Positions 1 to 10,691 of a stretch of DNA of 64,000 nt are shown here, piece after piece. A program made the position numbers and the translations under genes. This DNA is from an uncultured Rivularia sp. (GTDB lineage Bacteria; Cyanobacteriota; Cyanobacteriia; Cyanobacteriales; Nostocaceae), in NCBI GenBank assembly GCA_963665115.1, contig OY762007.1, positions 576,001 to 640,000 of the forward strand, written 5' to 3'. The notes under the pieces were generated by a model. The model was not told the DNA's origin, did not search any database, and saw nothing but the letters and a program-made list of their open reading frames with translations. How positions within the stretch are numbered: position 1 is the first letter of the stretch; each line of letters starts with the position of its first letter.

Positions 1-1377
1 ATTTTTCAGGATGGAATAGCAGCCGAAGCGGTTCAGAAAGCAACAGATGAAGGAATAATTTTTGTTACTGCTGCGGGGAATAATGGAAACATTGCTTATG
101 AAAGTGAATTTCGTCCTGGAGAAACATTTACTATAGGAGAAAATACTTTTGAAGCTCATGATTTCGATTCAGGATCTGGTATAGATATTTTTCAAAATAT
201 AGAGGTAACAGAAGATGGCACAGGAATTCGTCCGCTTTTAAGCTGGGATGAGCCAATTGGTAATGTGGGTTCGGGGTATACAATGTTTCTGCTTAACAGC
301 CCAGAGCTTCCAAGTTTGGAAAATATTGACAATATAGCCAGTATTTCTGTTCCTCCTTCCCTTTCAGCTAATGACGATCCGCTAAGAACCTTTTTCTATC
401 CCCCAGAAAAAGATGAAACTCTTTATCTTCTTATCGCAAGAGAAGCTATTAATCCGCCTGAAGCTGACACCATCAAATGGGTTAGTTTAGCTAATGGACT
501 AGATCGTACTACTAACTACGAGTATGTAGACAAAGACTCTGTGAATCGTACTGTAATTGGTCAAGCCAATGCTCCTACGGCAATTGCTGTAGGAGCATCA
601 GACGTAAATAATCCTCAAGATGTAAGAACATACACGAGTAGAGGAGGCTCTCCAATTCTTTTTGATACAGAAGGTAATAGACTTTCTTCACCTGTTTTGA
701 GAGAAAAGCCTGAAATTTTTGCTCCCGATGGTGTAGAAACTACCTTTAGCCCAGATAGTTCATTTTTTAATCCTTTTGAAGGAACATCTGCTTCGGCTCC
801 TCATGTAGCTGGGGTAGTCGCATTAATGCTGGAGAGAGCAGGGGGAATTTCACCAGAAGACGTGCGTTCAATATTACAAGAAACTTCCCTTACTGTAAGT
901 GAAAATACAGGATTTGTACAAGCCGATGATGCAATTATCGGCTCTTTTATTTCAGAACATAGAGGTACAGAAAATAGTGATATCCTTCGAGGAAGTGAAG
1001 AAGCAGATAACCTTTACGGACAAGAAGGAAATGACATTCTTTTAGGGAAGAATGGAAAAGATTATCTCACTGGGGGTAGTGGTGCGGATATTCTTCTCGG
1101 AGGAGAAGACAATGATGTTCTTTTAGGAGATAGTGGTAAAAATATACTTTCAGGTGGAACAGGAAAAGATACGTTTTGGTTAAATCTTACAGGCTTTTCT
1201 CTCATTACTGATTTTGAGATAGAAAAAGATTCTCTTGCCTTTTCGGAAATAGAAGATGCAGAAAATCTTACGTTTTCACAAAAGGGACATAATACGTTAA
1301 TAAACTATTCAGAAGAGAGTATTGCGATGATTTTGGGAGTTGAAGTTGATGCAAATATTGATATTACATTTGTCTAG
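1..1377 (+). CDS. S8 subtilisin-like serine protease with C-terminal RTX/hemolysin-type Ca-binding repeats (5' end outside window)
   Basis: Frame is open from base 1 (IFQDGIAAEAVQKA...VTAAGNNG oxyanion motif). GTSASAPHVAG catalytic Ser motif and GGxGxD nonapeptide repeats are present. Confidence 0.9.
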   Translation: MFQDGIAAEAVQKATDEGIIFVTAAGNNGNIAYESEFRPGETFTIGENTFEAHDFDSGSGIDIFQNIEVTEDGTGIRPLLSWDEPIGNVGSGYTMFLLNSPELPSLENIDNIASISVPPSLSANDDPLRTFFYPPEKDETLYLLIAREAINPPEADTIKWVSLANGLDRTTNYEYVDKDSVNRTVIGQANAPTAIAVGASDVNNPQDVRTYTSRGGSPILFDTEGNRLSSPVLREKPEIFAPDGVETTFSPDSSFFNPFEGTSASAPHVAGVVALMLERAGGISPEDVRSILQETSLTVSENTGFVQADDAIIGSFISEHRGTENSDILRGSEEADNLYGQEGNDILLGKNGKDYLTGGSGADILLGGEDNDVLLGDSGKNILSGGTGKDTFWLNLTGFSLITDFEIEKDSLAFSEIEDAENLTFSQKGHNTLINYSEESIAMILGVEVDANIDITFV

Positions 1378-1527
1378 CTTAAAAGAATTACCATATTACT
1401 CCCAAATCAATACAATGTGACTATTTCCAAGCTGTATATCCCCCACAATTATGCGGCTGTGAGTTTATCTAATAAAATCATCTTTGGATGAAACAAAAGT
1501 AGTTAAAACTTAGACAAAGCATTTCTC

Positions 1528-1671
1528 TAGTATTGCGCCACATTAATTATCAGGGGTTATGAACGGATTAAAAAAAACCTTACTAGGGCGCAGAGTACGC
1601 GGAGGAAGAGGGAAAAGAGAATTAATTCGAGTATGAATAAATTTGATGTTACCTTATGTGGCGGAGTACTA
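1528..1671. mobile_element. MITE-like element
   Basis: Imperfect terminal inverted repeats TAGTATTGCGCCACAT ... ATGTGGCGGAGTACTA with TA ends and no ORF. Confidence 0.6.
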
Positions 1672-1672
1672 A

Positions 1673-1773
1673 TAGTCCTTTTCATTAATTCCGATGGGTT
1701 GTAGAGACGTTATACATAACGTCTCCCGAAGGTTATGGGAAAACGAACCATTCAGAATTTATGCAATCAACTA
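1673..1773. mobile_element. MITE-like element containing a REP-like palindrome
   Basis: Imperfect TIRs TAGTCCTTTTCATTAATTCCGATGG ... CCATTCAGAATTTATGCAATCAACTA, with internal TGTAGAGACG-TTATACATAA-CGTCTCC at 1700-1726. Confidence 0.55.
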
Positions 1774-1774
1774 C

Positions 1775-1905
1775 TAAGTACTTAGACAAAATTAATTGTA
1801 TATTTGTCATTGCGAGTAGAACGGAGTGAAACGACGCAACCGCAACACTCTGAGATTGTTTCGCTATCGCTCGCAATGACACAATTATTTTTGTCCACTT
1901 ACTTA
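1775..1905. mobile_element. MITE-like element
   Basis: TIRs TAAGTACTTAGACAAAATTAATTGT ... ACAATTATTTTTGTCCACTTACTTA and an inner stem TGTCATTGCGAG...CTCGCAATGACA. Confidence 0.7.
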
Positions 1906-1957
1906 GTACTTCACCACATAACTTATGAGGGGTATTTACCAGTCCTCTTAAGAGGAC

Positions 1958-2765
1958 TTATGCTATATCCTCATACGCTTCTCCAACAGAACTATGATAA
2001 GCGCTTCGCCAATCTCCGGGAGTCATACCAAAGCTTTTGCGAAACATACGAAAGAAACACCACCTATTACGATATCCGACTGCTTCGGCAATGGCATCTA
2101 TTGATTGCTCTGTTTCCAAAAGTAGCGAACAGGCTGCTACCATTCGACGCTTGGTAATCCAGCGATGCACGCTATGTCCTGTCTTACGTCGGACTAGATC
2201 GGTTAGATAAGCCCCAGAGTAGCCAACTGACTGTGCCACCTCATGCAAACCAATCGGTTGATGATAATAAGCCTCGATAAAGTCGAAGATACTATTTAGC
2301 TCGGAGATAGATGGAAAGATTGACTTCGGGGCTGCTGGTTTCTACAGTTTCATCTGGAGGTATTTCCAACTCTTGCTGAATCTTAGCAGTGCTTTCTTCA
2401 AGGTTGATTTGCGATTCCAATCCGGTTGCAATCTCTCTCAGTAATTTCTTTGTCTTGGAGGACTTAGAGGGAGATTTATCTCTACTAGCCTTACCAGTCA
2501 GAGAATTAAAGGGAATTATTGCTACGGCAGTATTTTTTGATAGTGTAGTCAAGATGCTATAGTCATCCGGTTCCAGCATTTTAGTATCGCAAATCACCAA
2601 AATAGGCGATTGTTTCCGTGTCTGTTGGAAACTAACTTGACTATTTCCTTCACCAATAGCTTTGAACTCCTCTAGCTCTAGATATTCTAAAATCTTGTTT
2701 AGGAATTCTGAAAAGATTGTTTTGATTGTGGTATCGGCTTCTTTTAATTTCTCAATCTTCTTCAT
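1958..2765 (-). CDS. Degenerate receiver domain + AraC-type HTH regulator, split by a frameshift near 2330-2340
   Basis: ORF 2292-2765 is receiver-like. A shifted frame reads SIFPSISELNSIFDFIEAYYHQPIGLHEVAQSVGYS and joins the AraC HTH ORF 1958-2248. Confidence 0.75.
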
Positions 2766-2883
2766 TATTGTCTCCTCTAATTTTAAATATGATTCGACAA
2801 ATTCACATTCACTGCTTCACGATGCGTGCGGAAAACATTTTACACAAATGTAGTTTTATTTACTAAGACTCGATCGCGCTTTG

Positions 2884-3028
2884 GGCGTTGCTGAATTGAA
2901 CTATGAATTTATTTTTACTCGGCAGAATCAGCCCCCTCAATCCCCCAAACTTGGGGGAATAGCCAGTTATTTTTCTCCCCCAGAATTGGGGGTTGGAGGG
3001 CAATAATATATTTTGAATCAGCAACGCC
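2884..3028. mobile_element. MITE with 8-bp target-site duplication
   Basis: TIRs GGCGTTGCTGA / TCAGCAACGCC; flanking direct repeat GCGCTTTG at 2876-2883 and 3029-3036; internal CCCCCAAACTTGGGGG-type hairpins. Confidence 0.8.
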
Positions 3029-3243
3029 GCGCTTTGACCTCAGTACGACCAAAACGAACATTATTCATTGCCAGTTATACGGATATGAATGGATACAAAA
3101 CGCCGGTTTTTTTAACATTTGCGCTTATCCGTTATTCTTCAAAATCTTCTTCTATACATAATCTAGATTAATACTCATCCCTTCTCCTGTCTTTACACAA
3201 AAACGCTAAAGCTGTCACATTCCGACTCAATTTCAAAAATAAA

Positions 3244-4155
3244 CTACAACATCTTTCTATATTCAACAGGAGTGACTGACATCCGCTTCCGAAAAATCCT
3301 AGTAAGATGACTATGGCTATTAAAACCAGTACAATAGGCAATCTCAGCAATAGTTAAATTCGTGCTAGTTAATAACCTTGTTACTTCTTTCAATCGGCAC
3401 TCAATCAGGTATTGATGCGGAGTCATTCCAGTAGACTGCTTAAATTGTCTTCCAAAATGAGAAGAACTCATATTTACTGATTCAGCCAACTCAGCTATGC
3501 CAAAATCCTGGTTTAAATGGTTCCATATATAATCCGTTACTTGCTTGAATTTTTGCTGTGGAAGACCATCTGTATACTCTTTAATAGGTTGCTTTTTCGT
3601 AGAGTAATGCTCCACCAAATGAACTGCAAGTAATTGTGCAGCATATTCACCGTAAAGCCGACTAACAGATTCCGAATTTTCAAGTTCTGACTTTAGCTGT
3701 AACCCAATTTGATATATAAACGGATCTTGTTTTGCAAAATGCGGCAGAATTTCAATATCATCTGAACCATTTAATTCAGAAGTATTGCGGTTAATAAGTA
3801 TAGGTTCAAGACTTATCAGAATGAATTCAACATGATTACACCATGATGCTTTGTGAAGGACATTCGCAGGGTTTATTACAATATCACCTTTTTTGATATA
3901 TTCACCTTGAAATTTTCCATCAAGTTGACGCTCTACTGTTCTGATACAACTATTATGATGAACAACAATTACGTGCTGTAATGGTTTGCATTCAGGAACT
4001 TGATGAGCAGAATGTCGATGAAATTCAAGATTAATGTTATTCCATCCTGCATCATGACTTGAAATAATTGGCCCGGAAGAAAGAATCTGTAAGCTAGAAT
4101 CTTTTTTGCTGTAATCTAAAATTAAACTTTTTTCCATTGTAAAACTTTTTAACAA
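3244..4155 (-). CDS. AraC family transcriptional regulator
   Basis: C-terminal double HTH (IAELAESVNMSSSHFGRQFKQSTG...IAYCTGFNSHSHLTRIF). Confidence 0.9.
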   Translation of the reverse strand: MLKSFTMEKSLILDYSKKDSSLQILSSGPIISSHDAGWNNINLEFHRHSAHQVPECKPLQHVIVVHHNSCIRTVERQLDGKFQGEYIKKGDIVINPANVLHKASWCNHVEFILISLEPILINRNTSELNGSDDIEILPHFAKQDPFIYQIGLQLKSELENSESVSRLYGEYAAQLLAVHLVEHYSTKKQPIKEYTDGLPQQKFKQVTDYIWNHLNQDFGIAELAESVNMSSSHFGRQFKQSTGMTPHQYLIECRLKEVTRLLTSTNLTIAEIAYCTGFNSHSHLTRIFRKRMSVTPVEYRKML

Positions 4156-4252
4156 ATGGTTAAGTTAGTACGGGAGCAACAAGTAATAAAGCATTTATTG
4201 TCAAAAAAAGTAGATAGAAAATCTAATGAAATTACGTCAATAACAAAGTTAA

Positions 4253-4499
4253 TTAAAAAAAACTTTGTGAAAGGAGCAAATGCAGAACCCCAAGCTAGTA
4301 AAGCACGGCGTAAGTAAGATACTCATCTGAAAATCTAATCTGAAGCATCAGTCTGAGTCTAAAAAATGGGTGCGCTATTTAAGCCGTGTGGTACTAGTCT
4401 TTGTCTTGGATCTATGCTCTTGTCTTGCATAAACTTCATGAACGGCACTTGGGCAAATTCAAGTTTCTTTTTTCAATCAATGCAAGGGACTTCTTTCAT
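4253..4499 (-). pseudogene. N-terminal fragment of an AetD-like (HDO) gene, interrupted by a MITE
   Basis: Reads MKEV..(compensating indels, TGA)..KKKLEFAQVPFMKFMQDKSIDPRQRL[MITE]AWGSAFAPFTKFF*, which matches the N-terminus of ORF 35476-36216 (MQEVFALIEKNKKEF...MQDKSITPNDRLSFAP). Confidence 0.7.
4296..4396. mobile_element. MITE inserted in the AetD-like pseudogene
   Basis: TIRs TAGTAAAGCACGGCGTAAGTA / TATTTAAGCCGTGTGGTACTA with CTAG at both ends; removal restores the reading CTA-GCT-TGG. Confidence 0.7.
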
Positions 4500-5182
4500 T
4501 TTTAGTACCCAGGGTAAAACTATTTGATTGCGTAATAGCTACGGTAATTAAAGTTATCTAGCGTTAAAAAGAACTGTTTGCGTATTTATCTCGATTATTT
4601 GCCAATGATGTTCCACAATATTTACCCCCATTCCAAGCGAGAGCAACTTTGGAAACGAAGATCTTTGCAAATAGAAAACAGCAAAAATTGTATCCCCTGT
4701 AGATTAATAGGACATCTGGTATAAATGGATGCTTAAATCACTGTCCTTGGTTCAAAACCTTGACTAGTAATTCACAAGGAAAATCTGTCTTTTATTGTGT
4801 TTTATGTCGATTTTTCAGATGAGAGCTATCAAATTCAATAGCGACTGCACAAGTCTACTTCCTTCAAAACATAAAATTTGTACTGAGTCGGTATTTTCGC
4901 AGCTTTCTTCATTTTTCATATTTACTTATATTGATGACATAATGCTAGCCAACTAGCATAAATTGTTTCAATAGAGTTGATTAGGGTGCGGTAGTAAGCG
5001 CTATTTTTTATATTTTGTGTGGAGGCTGGGCGTGGGGTAACATACGCCACGATTTCCCCAATTGGCAGACAGTATATTATTAATGCACGTAAATGGTGTG
5101 AGATGAATTGCGGTTGAAGGTGAAATCATCCAGATGATCAAAATGATTATAACTTTTTGTACATAACCCTTGACAAATAATC

Positions 5183-5217
5183 GCGATAAGCCTCCGGCTT
5201 GACGCTTTGCGTATCGC
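5183..5217. repeat. Very small dispersed repeat inserted in a HIP1 site
   Basis: GCGAT-[AAGCCTCCGGCTTGACGCTTTGCGTAT]-CGC; removing the 27-nt insert regenerates GCGATCGC. Confidence 0.6.
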
Positions 5218-5482
5218 AATGCTCCTAATCATGAAAATTAATTACCCATTTATCGATGGAGACTGAATTAAGAAGTTAACTAAAGCCTGTATAAATTAAA
5301 TTTTGATTTTACACAATTGAATTAATTTTTATTTAACTTAGACAAACAGTTGCCAATGTACCTTGCATTTCGCTAGAATCTGTAGGCTTTAGGTAAGCAG
5401 TTGGGATAATCATGGCTGTTCGCCTACAGTGCCCTAACAACACCCAAGGGTTGCTTGATATTACAGTAAATAGAGAAGGATA

Positions 5483-5947
5483 TTGATGGCGAAACGCATA
5501 CAGTTAGTTTTAAATGAAGATGTCTACAAATTAGGGAAATTTGGCGATTTAATCGAAGTAGCCCCTGGTTATGCTCGTAATTACTTGCTTCCTAAAAATT
5601 TGGCAACCTTTGTAACCCCCGGTATTCTCAAGCAAGTTGAACGTCGCAGAGAATTAGAACGTCAGCGTCAAGAAGAATTGAAGCAAAAAGCCCTTGAACA
5701 GAAAGCAGCTTTAGAAAAAGTTGGTAGCTTCAAAATTGCTAAACAAGTTGGTGAAAACAACGCGATTTTTGGTACAGTAACTACCCAAGATGTAGCTGAT
5801 ATCATCCAAGGTTCGACTGAAATGGAAGTTGATAAACGCGGTATTACTATTCCAGATATTAGTAGTTTGGGTACTTATCAAGGTGAAATTAAACTACATT
5901 CTGACGTAAGCGCGACACTCAATATTGAAGTTGTTGCCAGCGAGTGA
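5483..5947 (+). CDS. rplI: 50S ribosomal protein L9
   Basis: [22 protein letters not shown] signature and FGTVT motif; adjacent to dnaB. Confidence 0.97.
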   Translation: MMAKRIQLVLNEDVYKLGKFGDLIEVAPGYARNYLLPKNLATFVTPGILKQVERRRELERQRQEELKQKALEQKAALEKVGSFKIAKQVGENNAIFGTVTTQDVADIIQGSTEMEVDKRGITIPDISSLGTYQGEIKLHSDVSATLNIEVVASE

Positions 5948-6186
5948 TTTTAATTTATGATTTATTTTTGAAAATTTGTTACTACGGTTTATCGCGGGAA
6001 ACCATAGATGCATTTGATACATTTGTATTTTTCGATTAAATCTATGGTTTAATTATTTCAAAATTATTCATTATGTGTAGAGACGTTGCGCCGCAGTGTC
6101 TCTACATATTATTTGAGGACTATTTACACTATAAGTGTAGTAGTTCACTTGTTCTATTTTTATTATCAAATATATCTCACGAGTTT

Positions 6187-8797
6187 ATGTCTGAAGAATT
6201 AAATTTTCAAGGGAATGCCGATCGCCTCCCACCACAAAATATAGAAGCAGAAGAAGCTATATTAGGCGGAATTTTACTAGATCCTGAAGCTATTAGCAGA
6301 ATTAGCGACACTCTCAAACCAGAAGCTTTTTATATCGGCGCTCATAAAGATATCTATTCGGGAATGCTACAGCTTCAGACTCAAAGTAAGCCCACCGATT
6401 TACTTTCGGTGATTAGCTGGCTCAAAGATCGCGAACTACTTGAGAAAGTTGGCGGTAGAAATAAATTAGCCTCCTTGGTAGATAGAACTGTTTCAGCAGT
6501 CAATATTGACGCTTTAGCAGCCTTAGTAGTGGAAAAGTATCGACGGCGACAGTTAATTAGAGCCGGTAACGAGATAGTTACATTAGGTTACGAAACCGAG
6601 ACAGAATTTCGTACCGTTATCGACAAAGCAGAACAAAAGGTTTTTGGAATCGCTCAAGCCCGCAATACCAGCGGCTTAGTTCATATTTCCAATACCCTGA
6701 TTAATACTTTCACAGATATAGAAGAACGGCATGAAGGCGTAGCATTACCGGGTATTCCCTGCGGATTCTACGATTTGGATGCAATGACTAGCGGATTTGG
6801 ACGTTCAGACTTAATTATCATCGCCGGTCGTCCGTCAATGGGAAAATGTTTACAAGAAGATACAGAATTAGTGTTGAGTGACGGTAGTATTTCCACAATT
6901 AAGGAAATATATAACAATCGGGAAGCAGAATTGCTGACACTGCACAAGAATTGGAAATTTCGCCTTACCAAGCCCGAAGCATTTATTGATGATGGGATTA
7001 AGCCAGTATTTGGCGTTAAAACTCGTTTGGGAAAATATATTGAGACAACTATTACCCATCCTTACTTAACTATTAACGGATGGCGAAAACTTTCCGAATT
7101 GAAAATAGGCGATAAAATTGCCGTACCTCGGAAGATAAATGTATTTGGTACGCATCAGATTCGCGAATGTGAAGTTAAATTATTAGCCTATTTAATCGGT
7201 GATGGTTGTTTAACCGATACAGTACCCAAATTTAATAATATAAATCCTTCGATTCAGGAAGATTTTACTGCTTCAGTTACGGAATTTTCTTCTCAATTAA
7301 GAATTACCGAGAAAAAACGCTCCAAGCGATCGCCAATGCTTTATGTTGAGATGTCTTCCGAAAAAGACAACCCTCTTATCCTGTGGCTGCAAGAATTAGA
7401 GTTATGGGGTAAAAAAGCCGACGAAAAAACACTTCCTGGTTTTATCTTTAAATTAGAGCGTCAGCAACTGGCTCTATTTATAAATCGCTTATTTGCTACA
7501 GATGGTTGGGCTAGCGTACTTAAAAGCGGTCAAGTTTCAGCTAGGTTATTACAGCGTTAGCGAAAAATTAGCGCAACAGGTACAGCATTTATTGTTAAGA
7601 TTCGGGATTATTTCAGTATTAAAAACCCGGTTGATTAAATATAAAGATACCCGTCGGGAAGCTTGGCAACTCGATATTACTAATGCTCGTGCGATCAAAA
7701 ACTTTGTATCAGAAATTGGTATTTTTGGAAAACAAGAAGTATTGTGCCAAGTTAAAGTAGCATTAACGCACAAAAGATATCAAACAAATCGCGATCTGAT
7801 ACCCATAGAAGTTTGGAAACAGCTAGCAGTAGCAAAAGAAGAAGAAACCTGGACGGGGTTAGCTAAACGGGCTGGAATAAAAGGGTATTCAAATATTCAT
7901 GTTGGCAAACGTGCTTTATCGCGAGACAGGCTTTTCTTATTAGCAACAGCATTAGAAAATTTAAAGTTACAGCAGTTAGCAAATAGCGATATATATTGGG
8001 ATGAAATTGTTTCTATAGAACCTATGGGAAACAAACAAGTTTACGATTTGACAATTCCAGACACCCATAATTTTGTTGCCAACGATATTTGCGTACACAA
8101 CACCGCATTTTGTCTTAACATCGCTCATAATGTCGCATCCTTGTATAAGCTACCAGTTGCTGTTTTTAGCTTAGAAATGTCAAAAGATCAGTTGGTGCAA
8201 AGATTATTATCCAGCGAAGCAGAAATAGAAAGTAGTTATTTAAGAACTGGGCGTATTAGTCAAACCCAATGGGAACCATTAAGTCGTGCAATTAGCGTAC
8301 TTTCAGAAATGCCGATCTTTATTGACGACACCCCAAACATTACAGTCACAGAAATGCGTAGTCAGGCTAGAAGATTGCAAGCAGAAGCCGGTACGGACAT
8401 CGGTTTAGTAATTATTGATTACCTACAATTAATGGAAGGTGGTGGAGATAACCGCGTACAAGAACTATCAAAAATTACGAGGAGTATTAAAGGATTAGCA
8501 AGAGAATTGGGCGCTCCAGTAATAGCATTATCTCAGTTGAGTAGGGGCGTGGAAGCCCGGACAAACAAACGTCCAATGCTCTCAGACTTGAGAGAAAGTG
8601 GAAGTATCGAACAAGATGCCGACCTAGTAGCAATGCTGTATCGCGATGAATATTATAATACCGACAGTCCCGACAGAGGAATTGCAGAAGTCATAATTGC
8701 CAAACATCGAAACGGCCCCACCGGAATTGTTAAATTACTATTCGATCCGCAATTTACCAAATTCAAAAACTTAGCAAAACCCAGTCATTATTCTTAA
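6187..8797 (+). CDS. dnaB: Replicative DNA helicase DnaB containing an intein; apparent frameshift at ~7535
   Basis: PPQNIEAEEAILG N-terminus, Walker A GRPSMGK|T split by the intein, IIDYLQLM, LSQLSR, DLRESGSIEQDAD, KHRNGPTG. Confidence 0.95.
6847..8101 (+). mobile_element. DnaB intein with LAGLIDADG homing endonuclease (~418 aa after correcting one extra T)
   Basis: Starts at C1 (CLQEDT), has block B TITHPY, LAGLIDADG-like blocks LAYLIGDG and NRLFATDG, and ends VYDLTIP...FVANDICVHN followed by Thr+1. Confidence 0.92.
7326..7333. repeat. HIP1 octamer GCGATCGC (example; also at 9304, 18323, 24275, 24976, 28507 and others)
   Basis: Exact octamer seen repeatedly; known cyanobacterial over-represented palindrome. 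Confidence 0.9.
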
Positions 8798-8878
8798 TTG
8801 GGAATAGGGGATTGGGGATTGGAAATAGATCATTATAAGTTAGGAATTATAGATTTATAGTCATTCCAATTAATTTCC

Positions 8879-8929
8879 GTAGTGCGTTAGCGAAGCGTGT
8901 CTGAAAGACAAGCTTCGCTAACGCACTAC
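8879..8929. repeat. Palindromic small repeat (GCGTTAGCG/CGCTAACGC family) between convergent genes
   Basis: GTAGTGCGTTAGCGAAGC...GCTTCGCTAACGCACTAC. Confidence 0.6.
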
Positions 8930-9105
8930 AAATCAATCGGTTTCTATTTAGAATCGCTATACCTTTAATTTTTAACTTCTTTTCTAATAATATAAAAAGC
9001 CTGGTTTCTTTCAAGAGAACCAGGCTTTTTAAAACTTTGAAATGTTTAAACTTTTCAGAAGATGTTACCAATGCCCAATCCCCAATGCCCGATGCCCAAT
9101 GCCTA

Positions 9106-9672
9106 TTAACTAACTCCTAATAATTCCACATCAAAAATTAAAGTTGCGTTAGGGGGAATAACACCACCCGCACCGCGAGAGCCATAACCCAAGTCTGGGG
9201 GGATGATTAATTTACGACGACCGCCAACTTTCATAATGCCGAGTCCTTCATCCCAACCCTTGATTACCTGTCCTTGACCGATTGTAAACTGGAAAGGTTG
9301 ACCGCGATCGCGAGAGCTATCAAACTTAGTTCCGTCCTCCAAAGTACCCGTGTAGTGAACGGTTACAGTTTGTCCGGCTTTAGGAGTTTCTCCGGTTCCT
9401 TCCTTGATAACTTCGTACTTTAATCCCGAAGGAGTAGTAACTGCGTCAGACATATTATCGCTCGCTTTTGTAGTGGTACTATCAGCTACTGTAGTAGAAG
9501 CTGGTGATTCTTGAATAGTGTTTTGTGAAGCATTAGTCTCGGGTGCTTCAGTCGAAACTTGAGCGCATCCGAAAAATACAACACAAAGTAACACGAAACC
9601 CACACGCTTAAAAATTGCCTTCAATTGAGGTATCCTTCCCATAGTTTCATATTCCAAAAATAGGATTACCAA
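9106..9672 (-). CDS. FKBP-type peptidyl-prolyl cis-trans isomerase (probable lipoprotein; true start may be downstream)
   Basis: [26 protein letters not shown] and [13 protein letters not shown] motifs. Confidence 0.95.
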   Translation of the reverse strand: MVILFLEYETMGRIPQLKAIFKRVGFVLLCVVFFGCAQVSTEAPETNASQNTIQESPASTTVADSTTTKASDNMSDAVTTPSGLKYEVIKEGTGETPKAGQTVTVHYTGTLEDGTKFDSSRDRGQPFQFTIGQGQVIKGWDEGLGIMKVGGRRKLIIPPDLGYGSRGAGGVIPPNATLIFDVELLGVS

Positions 9673-9803
9673 TAGAACAAAACTTAGTGTAAATCACAAC
9701 AGCGAACAATGAACAATTGTTAAGGTCAAAGGTTAAAGGTTAAAGGTCAAAAGTAAATATATAAAAGCCTCCCCATCCCCTTTGTCCCCTTGTCCCCCTC
9801 TTC

Positions 9804-10127
9804 CTATTTCCAAAGTTTATTTTCCAAATCGCGCACTTGACGCTCTAAACGGTCAATTCTACCGCGCAATTCGTCTACTTCCGACTGACGCGCAACTCCC
9901 AAATCTTGCAGCATATTTTTCATTTGTCGCTGCATATTTTTATCCCAGTTGCCCTGCTCGGACTTCAACTCCTGTACCACATCATCCATAACAGCTTTCG
10001 CTTGTTCTGGATCGAGTTTGCCATCTTTAACTAATTGCTCGCTGGCTTCCTTAATTTTGTCGGCAACTACCGAAGTTGTACCGATACCGAGCATCAACAA
10101 TTGTTGCATCCAGTTATTGTTTTCCAT
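9804..10127 (-). CDS. Phasin-like conserved cyanobacterial protein
   Basis: LMLGIG...LVKDGKL...LGVARQSEVDELRGRIDRLE pattern. Confidence 0.7.
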   Translation of the reverse strand: MENNNWMQQLLMLGIGTTSVVADKIKEASEQLVKDGKLDPEQAKAVMDDVVQELKSEQGNWDKNMQRQMKNMLQDLGVARQSEVDELRGRIDRLERQVRDLENKLWK

Positions 10128-10257
10128 ACCGCTCTCCTATTAGTTCTCCCTTTATTTTCCCGGTTAGCCCTTGTTAACAATAAAGCTATGCTGGGAATTA
10201 AACTTTAGCAAATATGCTAATTCTATTGTCGCAAAGTAGCACGGAGAATGAACGCAG

Positions 10258-10569
10258 GTGGTAATTGAGTTACTTAAGTTTAAAATAGCGGCTAAACAGC
10301 GGGAAAAATACATCCAAAGAGACGCTGAAATTTGGACAACAGCCCTGGTAAACTATCCCGGATTTTTAGGAAAAGAACTGTGGATCAACCCAAATGACCC
10401 CACAGAGCTTGTCATGGTGATTCGCTGGGAAACCCGAGAGCAGTGGAAATCGATTCTTCAAGAAGAAGTAGACGCTATTACCGAAAAGTTTGATAAAGAC
10501 TTGGGATTTACTTACGAGATGGTAGAGTCATCCGAATATCAGGTACGGAAATTTCCCAATAAGGATTAA
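10258..10569 (+). CDS. Conserved cyanobacterial ABM-like protein (TIGR03792-like)
   Basis: MVIELLKF...DAEIWT...YPGFLGKE.W...VIRWETREQWK. Confidence 0.7.
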   Translation: MVIELLKFKIAAKQREKYIQRDAEIWTTALVNYPGFLGKELWINPNDPTELVMVIRWETREQWKSILQEEVDAITEKFDKDLGFTYEMVESSEYQVRKFPNKD

Positions 10570-10691
10570 TTAAGAGCTAGGAGTTAGGAGTTAGTAATTA
10601 GGAATTAGGAATAATTTATTTTAAGCAGAGAATAAAATTGAAATAATTCGGAATTATAGGAAGATGAGGAAAGACAATGTAAATCGATAAT

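Noticed and set aside
1804..2157. 117-aa plus-strand ORF
   Set aside because: Starts inside a MITE and is antisense to the AraC domain; a shadow ORF
6073..6186. N-terminal extension of DnaB in the ORF track
   Set aside because: Derived from a REP palindrome and intergenic DNA; the plausible start is ATG 6187
7493..7560. Programmed frameshift or naturally split intein in dnaB
   Set aside because: One extra T in the endonuclease region with no slippery heptamer, the same error type as in about eight other genes here
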